Shown here: positions 8,895 through 16,886 of the stretch, piece by piece
How positions within the stretch are numbered: position 1 is the first letter of the stretch
Layout of the letters: each line of letters starts with the position of its first letter
DNA from: an uncultured Myxococcales bacterium
Lineage (GTDB): Bacteria > Myxococcota_A > UBA9042 > CAIXZC01
NCBI GenBank assembly: GCA_964626565.1
Contig: CAZVFX010000011.1
Span: 15,922-79,921 of the forward strand
DNA: 64,000 nt
Direction: 5' to 3'
Translations under genes and position numbers: made by a program
The notes under the pieces: model-generated
Databases searched by the model: none
The model's input: the letters and a program-made list of their open reading frames with translations, nothing else
Told to the model about the DNA's origin: nothing

Positions 8895-10354
8895 AGACCG
8901 TAACCATTGACCCGATCACTCGATTGGAAGGCCATGGGAAGATCACCATCTTCCTCAACGATGCGGGAGGGGTGGAAAACGCCTACTTCCAGGTCCCGGA
9001 ACTGAGGGGCTTCGAGAAGTTCGTTGAGGGTATGCCGGTGGAGGAGGTCCCAAGGGTGGTGCAACGCATCTGCGGGGTCTGACCGGCCGCACACCATCTG
9101 GCCTCGGGTAAGGCCGTAGACGCAGTATACAAAGCAGATCCTCCGGTGGCAGCAAAAAAACTGAGAGAGATGTTCTACAGCGCTCACTACGTGCACAGCC
9201 ACATCGCGCACTTTTACGCTCTGGCCGCGGCCGACTTCGTTGTCGGCCCTGATGCAGACCCGGCAGAGCGGAACATCCTCGGCGTGGTGGGAAAGGTGGG
9301 TGTGGAGATTGGCGGGGAAGTGATCAAGCATCGCGCTATTGCGCAGAACATCCAGATCGCGATCTCAGGACGGTCGACCCACCCTGTATGGTGCGTTCCC
9401 GGTGGGGTAAGCAAGGGGATCACCGAGGAGCAACGCCTGGAAATCATCGAGCAGGCGAAAAGCTGTGTGGAGTTCTCCAAGTTCTCCCTTAAGATCTTCA
9501 ACGATGTGGTGCTGGGCAACAAGGCTTACCTCGACCTGGTGTTGAGCGACACTTACGAGCTGGACTCGTACTACATCGGGACTGTGGATAAGAACAACCA
9601 TGTGAACTTCTACCACGGCGACCACCGGGTAGTGGATCAGGAGTGCAACGAGGTCTTTCGCTATCAGGATCATGAGTACCTGGATTACCTGGCCGAGCAC
9701 GTCGAGAAGTTCACTTATCTAAAGTTCCCGTATCTCAAGAAGATCGGCTGGAAGGGCATGGTGGACGGTAAAGATTCGGGGGTCTACCAGGCCACTCCGC
9801 TCAGTCGCCTCAACGCGGCAGTAGGCATGGCCACGCCGGCCGCCCACGCTGAGTATGAACGCATGTTCGAGACCCTGGGCGGCAAGCCGGTGAAGAAGCT
9901 CCTCGCCACCCACTGGGCGCGTCTGGTGGAGTTGCTCTATGCGGCAGAGCGCCTCCTGGAGCTGGCCCAGGACCCGGAGGTTGCATCTCCCGATGTCCGC
10001 AACCTGCCCACGGAGACTCCGTCCGAAGGTGTCGGCATCGTGGAAGCCCCCCGGGGCATTCTGACTCACCACTACAAAACCGACGAAAGAGGAATCGTTA
10101 CCGCGGCCAACATAATCGTTGGGACGACCAACAACCACGCCCCCATCTCCATGGCCATCAAGAACGCAGCCGAAAAGCTGATTCAGCCAGGCCAGGAGAT
10201 TGGGCAGGGCCTCCTCAACATGGTGGAGATGGCCTTCCGCATTTATGACCCCTGCTTCTCTTGCGCAACTCACACTTTGCCGGGGGAGATGCCCCTTATC
10301 GTTGAGGTGCGTGATCACAATGAAGAGGTGGTCCACCGGGTGGCGCGCTCATGA
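8891..10354 (+). CDS. mvhA: [NiFe]-hydrogenase large subunit (MvhA-like). The in-frame TGA at 9080-9082 falls exactly on the second Cys of the N-terminal RxCGxC Ni-binding motif, so it is a probable selenocysteine. The track splits it into 8891..9082 and 9146..10354.
   Basis: Translation reads ...VVQRICGV[TGA]PAAHHLASGKAVDAVY..., compared with MvhA [20 protein letters not shown]. The same frame stays open across the TGA, with no other stop between 9083 and 9145. The C-terminal DPCFSCATH motif and a 26-aa extension are intact. Confidence 0.75.
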
Positions 10355-10815
10355 AGACCCGGGTCATCGGCCTCGGCAACTCCATCCTCACCGACGACGG
10401 TGTTGGAATTGTGGTTGTATCCGAACTGCAGAAGACTCCGCAGGGCGGGGAGGTCGACGTCATCAGGTCCGAGGTAGCCGGCTTCGCACTGTTGGAGCTG
10501 ATGAGCGGCTGGGACCGTGTCATTCTCGTTGATGCAATCAAGTTCGACGACCTTGAGCCCGGCACCATTGTCCGCATCGATCCTGCCGACTTGCGAACCT
10601 CACTCAGGTTGCGATCGGTTCACGAAATCGACCTTCCTACCGCGCTTGCGTTCGGTCGCAAGCTCAAGATCCCCATGCCTGAGAAGGTAGTGGTCATCGG
10701 CATCCAGGCCGATGACATTCTCACGTTCGGAGAGACGTTAACTCCGGCGCTCGCCAAGGCTGTGCCAGAGGCCGTCAATCTGGTACTGGAGGAGTTGGCC
10801 GAACCCCAGGGGTGA
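10351..10815 (+). CDS. Hydrogenase maturation endopeptidase (HycI/HoxW/FrhD, peptidase A31 family)
   Basis: GLGNSILTDDGVGIVV motif; size 154 aa; ATGA-coupled to the large subunit, whose C-terminal extension it would cleave. Confidence 0.8.
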   Translation: MKTRVIGLGNSILTDDGVGIVVVSELQKTPQGGEVDVIRSEVAGFALLELMSGWDRVILVDAIKFDDLEPGTIVRIDPADLRTSLRLRSVHEIDLPTALAFGRKLKIPMPEKVVVIGIQADDILTFGETLTPALAKAVPEAVNLVLEELAEPQG

Positions 10816-10821
10816 ACCCGC

Positions 10822-11487
10822 CTATTTCATCTGGATAAGCCCGACCTTGATTGCAAATTGCGTGAGCTTTGACCGATTGCGAATACCCAGCTTGTCGGTG
10901 AGATTGAACCTGTGCGCCATGACGGTTTTCACCGCCAGCCCCAACGCCTCGGCCATCTCCTTGTTGCTATAGCCCTCCGCAATGAGTTTCAGGACCTGTC
11001 GCTCCCGGGGCGTGAGCAGGTTATACGCCGCCTCTTCGCTCTCCGGCTGACCGCCGCCGCCGGGCCCCGCGACGAGTTCCTGGGCCAGGCTGGGATCGAT
11101 GTACATTCCCCCGGCCATCACTCCTCGAATCGCGGCGAGCAGTTCCTCGCCGCGCGCGGACTTAAGAATGTACCCGTTGGCCCCCGCCTCAATGAGCCGC
11201 CGCAAGTAGATCGACTCTCCGTATTGGGTGAGTATGAGAATGCGGATTTCCGAGCGCCGTCGGCGCAACTCAAGGGTGGTCTCCAGTCCGCCCATCCCTT
11301 CCATCGACAGGTCGAGAAGCAGGAGGTCCGGATAGAGCCGGTCTACCAACTCGATGGCGCCCTCGCCCGAGGAGGCTTCGCCCACCACTGTAAACCGCGT
11401 TTCGGTCTGCTCTTCAAGGAAGGACTTCAAGCCCACCCGGAGAACCACATGATCATCGGCAAGAACAACCCTTATGGTCGAACCCAT
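10822..11487 (-). CDS. NarL/LuxR-family response regulator (REC + HTH_LuxR)
   Basis: The N-terminal REC domain (VVLADDH..., conserved D/K positions) and the C-terminal LTPRERQVLKLIAEGYSNKEMAEAL helix-turn-helix. Confidence 0.85.
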   Translation of the reverse strand: MGSTIRVVLADDHVVLRVGLKSFLEEQTETRFTVVGEASSGEGAIELVDRLYPDLLLLDLSMEGMGGLETTLELRRRRSEIRILILTQYGESIYLRRLIEAGANGYILKSARGEELLAAIRGVMAGGMYIDPSLAQELVAGPGGGGQPESEEAAYNLLTPRERQVLKLIAEGYSNKEMAEALGLAVKTVMAHRFNLTDKLGIRNRSKLTQFAIKVGLIQMK

Positions 11488-13881
11488 CTACTCTTCCTCC
11501 CCTGCGGACGTTTCATCGACCAGAGCCGTCGGCACCGTAACTCGAATGGTGGTACCCGCGCCCACCGCGGTGTCCACCTCCATGGTGCCGTTGAGGAGTT
11601 TAGCCCGCTCCTCCATGCCCAGTAATCCCAAGCCCCGCCCGGTCGCGGCCGGAGTGGTCAGCGACAGTTTGGCCACGTCGAAACCGTTACCGTCGTCTTC
11701 GATGGTCAAAGTCACGGCGCGGGGCGAGAAGACCACCGTCGCGATAATATGCTCGGCCAATGCATGCTGGACCGTATTCTGCAGACTCTCCTGAAAGATC
11801 CTGAACAACCTGATGGTGGTCTCCGGCGGCAACTCCCGCTCCTCTCCTTCGAGCACGAAGCGGGTCTTGATGCCCCGTTCCCGCTCTACTCGCTCCAGGT
11901 GCCATTGCAAGGCTGGGAGAAACCCCATGCTGTCAAGCACCGAGGGCCTCAAGTCCAGAGTTATCCGGCGCACCGTATCCTGCATCTTGCGGGTCTGCTC
12001 CTCCAGGTCACGGACCCGATTGGCCAACTCGTCTCTAGGGGCCTCTCCGGCCAGCCTTTCCAACTGCAGGCTGAGCGCAGACAGGTCCTGGCTCACCGTA
12101 TCGTGAAGCTCCCGGGCGACCCGTCGCCGTTCTTCCTCTTGTGCGGACAGCACTCTGCGCAGCAGTTCACGCCGCTGGGTCTGCCGAAGCAGCTCCTCAT
12201 CGGCCAATATCCGGTTGGCCGCGCTCATGGCGATATGGTGAAGCAGGGAGTGAAGCCTGCGCTCCTCGAGCACAGCCTCCCCGTCGGGCTGCAGAAGCAC
12301 GCACTTGACCAGAGGCCCCCGGGGAATCGCCAACTCCGCAACCAGCACCGCGTCCGTGCGATCCAACCCGGTACCGTCCCGCTCGTCCCCCGGTATGTCC
12401 TTGATGACAAAGCCGTCTTCTGAAGAAGCAAGCAGCGTACCCCTACGGTCCCTGGGCAACACCGTGCAGAGGTCGAGCGCGGAGTCGACCTGCGCAGGGA
12501 GCAGACCGCGGGATGCTTGCAGTTTCCGATCCCGAAATTGCATGCGCAACGCACCCTGCGAAAACCCCAGCACATCCAGTGTGTGTTCAAGACCGCGGCG
12601 AACAATAGCCTCGGTGTGCGGCACATCCAACGATGACTTGCTGATGCCGTCCAGAGCCAGCACCAACCGGTTGGAAGCCTCGGCCTCTTCCCGCAAGAGC
12701 ACCTGCTGCCGCTCAGTCAGCGAAAGTGCTTCCACCAGCCCGCTGCGCCAGGCATTCAGAACAGACGCGAGCCTCCCCACTTCCCCTTCCCCCAGGGAGG
12801 GCAATTCCCGGTTGGATCCGGAAAGCTGGCCCATTCGTACTGCGTTCTCCAGCCTCTTCACCGGACCAACGACCCGGTGGGCCAGAAATGCGCCGGCCAA
12901 GAGAAACAGCGTCAACACCAGCCCCTCAACAAGGATGAGCTTCCATCTCAATTCGGTGGCCGGGGCCAAAGCCTCCTCTTCCGACTGCCGCACGGCAATC
13001 CCCAGAGGAAACGACGGAAAAGGTGCAAATGCCAGCACGTCTTCGTCACGGCTGACCTCTCCCGCACCCACCTCATGGCAACGGTGGCACCGCCCGGAAA
13101 AGGACCGCCCTTCCGCGATCGCTTCGCTTAGCAAATCGTTGTGCGCAGTAACGGAGCGTCTCCCGCTTTCACGTTCAGGTGCTAGCGACGCGCCGCTCGC
13201 AGTGACCAGGTCGAGCTCCCCAGTCTCCCCGAGTACAAACCCCTCAAACGTGCTGCCCAGTTCCAGGGCTTCCCCGTAAACCAGGCCCCCGACGCAACCG
13301 GGCCGGACCGCGCCGGAGGGTGCCGGAGCCACCGCCTTGACTACGATGACCGAGGGCGTTGCACCTGCGAATCCGGCCGCCTCGGCTCGGCCGGTTTTGC
13401 GCGCCAACTCGCACAGCCGCCCCGCTTTGCCCGGTAGATCGTGTCCGGAGTGGGATGCAACCACCGTGCGCCCCTCGACGTCCACAATGAAGGCGTCGCG
13501 GAAGAAGAGTGACGACTGGCAGGTTCTCTGCAACCCCGCAGCAAGCTGAGAGGAGCCCAGATCGTCGGCACCGGGCAGTTGACCCACCAGCGTGGCGACA
13601 CGGGAGATTTCCGTGCGCAACTCGGCTTCCAGATGCCTGCCGGCTATTCTCGCCAGTTGGACCCGCTCTTCGAGAAGCCGGTGTTCGAACGAATCCCTCA
13701 CCGAACCCGAGTGATAGAAGAGTGCAGCCATGACTGCCACTCCCCCGGCCAGGAGAACAGCGAGGAAGCGCGCATAGAGGCTGGATCGCCAGGGCAGTCG
13801 CTGGACATCCCCGATGAGAGGCCATCCGGGTGACTTGACGCCCGGAATCTCGGGCGGATTATGGGTGTGCTCCTTGTTCAT
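11488..13881 (-). CDS. Sensor histidine kinase (HisKA_3/HATPase, NarX-like) with a large periplasmic sensor domain between two TM helices; the periplasmic domain carries a CXXCH motif
   Basis: TM1 FLAVLLAGGVAVMAALFY and TM2 LILVEGLVLTLFLLAGAFL. HisKA_3 ELHDTVSQDLSAL and a C-terminal ATPase. The start is probably ATG at 13879-13881 (MNKEH, RBS GGAG); the track ORF extends to 13965. GRCHRCHE lies at 13075-13089. Confidence 0.75.
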   Translation of the reverse strand: MNKEHTHNPPEIPGVKSPGWPLIGDVQRLPWRSSLYARFLAVLLAGGVAVMAALFYHSGSVRDSFEHRLLEERVQLARIAGRHLEAELRTEISRVATLVGQLPGADDLGSSQLAAGLQRTCQSSLFFRDAFIVDVEGRTVVASHSGHDLPGKAGRLCELARKTGRAEAAGFAGATPSVIVVKAVAPAPSGAVRPGCVGGLVYGEALELGSTFEGFVLGETGELDLVTASGASLAPERESGRRSVTAHNDLLSEAIAEGRSFSGRCHRCHEVGAGEVSRDEDVLAFAPFPSFPLGIAVRQSEEEALAPATELRWKLILVEGLVLTLFLLAGAFLAHRVVGPVKRLENAVRMGQLSGSNRELPSLGEGEVGRLASVLNAWRSGLVEALSLTERQQVLLREEAEASNRLVLALDGISKSSLDVPHTEAIVRRGLEHTLDVLGFSQGALRMQFRDRKLQASRGLLPAQVDSALDLCTVLPRDRRGTLLASSEDGFVIKDIPGDERDGTGLDRTDAVLVAELAIPRGPLVKCVLLQPDGEAVLEERRLHSLLHHIAMSAANRILADEELLRQTQRRELLRRVLSAQEEERRRVARELHDTVSQDLSALSLQLERLAGEAPRDELANRVRDLEEQTRKMQDTVRRITLDLRPSVLDSMGFLPALQWHLERVERERGIKTRFVLEGEERELPPETTIRLFRIFQESLQNTVQHALAEHIIATVVFSPRAVTLTIEDDGNGFDVAKLSLTTPAATGRGLGLLGMEERAKLLNGTMEVDTAVGAGTTIRVTVPTALVDETSAGEEE

Positions 13882-14053
13882 TGGCTCCGGACCGCCAACG
13901 GGCGAATCAAGCCCGTCTTTGACGCCTCTATCTAAAGCGATGGCAGCGGGATTGTCAACGACCACCGCTCACGGTTGCTGGTCATGGGACAAGCCATTTG
14001 GTATGCTCTTGCCGTATTCTTGTGCAACATCCTGCTTCGTCGAGGTCAGACCT

Positions 14054-15487
14054 TTGAGGAACGTATTACTGCTTCTGCCGACAGTCGCACTGCTGGCCTT
14101 GGGCGCCTGCGAGTCAACCCGTATCCAGGTCAACGACCCGCCCCCCGGGGAAGATGGAGGCCTGCTGCTGCCCGATTTCGGTCCCGTACCACTCCCCGAC
14201 ATCGTCGATATGAGTGCCGCTGACGCGGAAACCGGGGCGCCGCCTGATGTTGGCCGAGGTGAACCTGAACTGCCTGACCCCGACCTCAAGGGGGATCCTC
14301 CCGACCTCTCGACAACCGAGGACGTTGAGGAACTCCCGGACACCGGTTTTCCCCACGAGGTGGACATTACAGACCCTCAGAATCCGCAGGGCTTCCCGGT
14401 GCAGTACGACACTTCGCAAATAGAACTGGTTGAGGAGGGTACTTTCAAGATCGTGGGGGTCGATTTCAGCGGACGCTTCTATCGGAACAAGGCCTACCAT
14501 TGCGGCAAGTCCGGACACTTCACCTTCCTGGTAATCGAACAGCAGGTGTCCGCAGGTCAGAAGCGCGGGCTGTGGGTTTTCATGCACGGCGGGGGGGTTG
14601 GCTACTACGACGCCAGCGGCAAGTACCACGGCGGCGAGGGCGCCAATAATGAAGAGCCGGGAGGCAAACTGCTGGCTGAACTATCCGAGCACGTGATGGA
14701 TGAGGACGACGGAGATTTCAAGCAAACGCTGATCCTCAAGCGGGCCCAGGACGGCTATCGTTTTCTGGCTACCTCAATGTGCGATCATGACCTCCACTCC
14801 GGAATGGGCACCCCCTACCCCAACAACCCCAACTGGCCCGGTACGCCCGACACCGTTGACGGCCTGCTGGCGACCATGGCGGCCATAGACTTCACAGCAC
14901 ATGGCAACGGAAAACTGCCCGGCTATCCCACCGGTATGGTTTTCGTGCACGGGACGAGTGCGGGTTCCGCAGGTGCCTATTCCGTCTCTCACGCATTCGC
15001 GCGCAACGGCATCAAGCTGAACGGAGCGCTGCTGGATGCCTACGTGATCTCGGAAAGGACTGCAGCCGTCATGGGCAAAGGGTGCACCCCGTCGGAAGAC
15101 AGCGACTCGAATTTCGAAGCCCAGGGAGTTATCGACAAGGTGGGCGCATTTGTCACCGATTCACCTCTGTTTCTCGAAAACAACCTGTCCAGCGAATTCT
15201 CCATTCCGTACATGGACATGATCTCGACCGGAGACGAATACTGTTGCGGCGACCACCCTGTAATGCCGGAAGTTGCGGCCGCGGGTTACGACAACAATTG
15301 CCGGTATGTCCACGGGTTGGTCAAGGAGGCCGTGGACGGCTTGGGTCCGGGCAGCCTTCACAAGGTGCTCATCGCCGAGGCCATGGGCCAGCACGCACTT
15401 TCCAAAGTGCAGGGGCCGCATCAGGAGATCCTGGAAGAGTGGTATCAGGGGATTGTGGCGACGAATCCACCGCCGCCCTGGCCGTAG
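14054..15487 (+). CDS. Alpha/beta-hydrolase (esterase/lipase-like, HGGG oxyanion + GTSAG nucleophile elbow) lipoprotein
   Basis: FMHGGGVGYY and VHGTSAGSAG motifs. The start is chosen at TTG 14054 (RBS GAGGT), giving MRNVLLLLPTVALLALGAC (lipobox). ATG 14003 is an alternative. The track start 13814 overlaps the convergent kinase gene. Confidence 0.55.
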   Translation: MRNVLLLLPTVALLALGACESTRIQVNDPPPGEDGGLLLPDFGPVPLPDIVDMSAADAETGAPPDVGRGEPELPDPDLKGDPPDLSTTEDVEELPDTGFPHEVDITDPQNPQGFPVQYDTSQIELVEEGTFKIVGVDFSGRFYRNKAYHCGKSGHFTFLVIEQQVSAGQKRGLWVFMHGGGVGYYDASGKYHGGEGANNEEPGGKLLAELSEHVMDEDDGDFKQTLILKRAQDGYRFLATSMCDHDLHSGMGTPYPNNPNWPGTPDTVDGLLATMAAIDFTAHGNGKLPGYPTGMVFVHGTSAGSAGAYSVSHAFARNGIKLNGALLDAYVISERTAAVMGKGCTPSEDSDSNFEAQGVIDKVGAFVTDSPLFLENNLSSEFSIPYMDMISTGDEYCCGDHPVMPEVAAAGYDNNCRYVHGLVKEAVDGLGPGSLHKVLIAEAMGQHALSKVQGPHQEILEEWYQGIVATNPPPPWP

Positions 15488-15494
15488 GGCGAGG

Positions 15495-16877
15495 CTACTC
15501 CAGAACCACAGCTTTGAACATCTCGAACAGGGCGTTGTGACCGGCGGGGCTTGGATGGATGCATGACTCGTCGAAATAGAGTTCGGCGTCAGGGCCGATG
15601 TAGCACATATTCTCCGGGTCGGCGTTGGCCCCGGCGGCCATGTAGCCGTGGCCGCAGAACGACTCCACCGTCCAGATCATATCCACCTGGTAGTCCACCG
15701 CGATGCGCATGTACTGGTCCAGCATCCAGATGACGATTTCGGCCTGCACTTCCGGCTTCTCCCACTCGCCGTAGCCTGCCAGCAGGGCCACGGGAATGCC
15801 CAACTCAGCCATGTCGATCTCCCCGACGCCGGGGATGTCGAACTTCATCTGGGGGGTGCATGACGAGGTTTGGCCAGTGCCGTCGGTAAACTCAAAACCG
15901 TTTCCATAAACAAGCCAGGAACCGTTGGGGAAGAACTCGGGGTCCTTGATGTGGGCGACACCGTTCTCAAGGTGCTGAACCGTGCTTTCAGCCAACGCCC
16001 AGGCTTCCGGGTAACCCGCCGCAACTTCCTCCGGCGAGGCCTCGGCGCCGACCTGGGTGATTTTGGCAATGTCGTTCCCGCCCAGGGTCATGAGAAACAG
16101 CGTCCGGTCCTCACTGCCCCCGCTGGGCAGGCACTCATATATCTGGCCGCCGCCCTCGATGATGTCATCGGTTCTCGCACCCCAGTAACCGCAGTGCCGG
16201 AAATCGCCGGTGTGCTTATTGCCGCCTTTGCCGCTAAGGTAGTCGTATGTCTTCCAGATCCCCCAATCCAAAAAACCGCCGGTATCCAGGTCGAAATGAC
16301 CGGCTAGCCAGGTAGCCATCTTGTTGCGGTAGAAGTGCTCGTTGTCGAAGCTCAGCAGGTGGGCCAGGTTGGGCGTGCCCACCGTCACCGAATCGCCAAG
16401 AAAGACAACCTCCTCCACGGCAAAGATGTTCTGGTGGTTGGTCCCATAACAATGACTGCCGATGACCGGCTCGAAAGGATCGTAGAAAGGCCCCGGCTCG
16501 CCGGGCTGGTACACGTTGGGAAAACAGATTTGCCCGATGGTGAGAGGCACGTCCTCAACCACGTCCACCTGTTCAGGCTCCAGGTCCAACTGTACCTCCG
16601 GAGATATCTCCACCAGGTCCGGTGCGTCCCCAGGCAGATCCAGGGGAGCAGCGGTGTCGGTGATGTCGGCCGATACGGTGTCGCTGACAACCTCTACCTT
16701 GCCCCCGGTGTCCTTGCTTGCATCAACCGGCGCGGTGACTTCCAGGTCCGCACCAACCGCAATATCGGCGCTGTCGGGGGGCCCGGAGCCAAGGTCACCT
16801 TCCCCCTGCTTATCGTCGGAACCGCAAGCTGTCAGCACCAGCAGTGCCGCGGCAATCAACCAACCGCGTGAATTCAT
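15495..16877 (-). CDS. SGNH/GDSL-family hydrolase lipoprotein
   Basis: Signal and lipobox LLVLTACGS; GDSL block VVFLGDSVTVG; GGND block; C-terminal HPSPAGH. Confidence 0.7.
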   Translation of the reverse strand: MNSRGWLIAAALLVLTACGSDDKQGEGDLGSGPPDSADIAVGADLEVTAPVDASKDTGGKVEVVSDTVSADITDTAAPLDLPGDAPDLVEISPEVQLDLEPEQVDVVEDVPLTIGQICFPNVYQPGEPGPFYDPFEPVIGSHCYGTNHQNIFAVEEVVFLGDSVTVGTPNLAHLLSFDNEHFYRNKMATWLAGHFDLDTGGFLDWGIWKTYDYLSGKGGNKHTGDFRHCGYWGARTDDIIEGGGQIYECLPSGGSEDRTLFLMTLGGNDIAKITQVGAEASPEEVAAGYPEAWALAESTVQHLENGVAHIKDPEFFPNGSWLVYGNGFEFTDGTGQTSSCTPQMKFDIPGVGEIDMAELGIPVALLAGYGEWEKPEVQAEIVIWMLDQYMRIAVDYQVDMIWTVESFCGHGYMAAGANADPENMCYIGPDAELYFDESCIHPSPAGHNALFEMFKAVVLE

Positions 16878-16886
16878 GTCGTCCCC

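Noticed and set aside
8891-9082. 63-aa ORF as an independent small gene, and 9146..10354 as a separate N-terminally truncated hydrogenase
   Set aside because: Same frame with no stop other than the TGA at the conserved Cys column. Together they reconstitute a full-length MvhA, so they are treated as one Sec-containing CDS.
13814-14053. N-terminal 80 codons of track ORF 13814..15487
   Set aside because: Overlaps the convergent histidine-kinase gene by 150 bp. A lipoprotein signal begins only at 14054 (or 14003).
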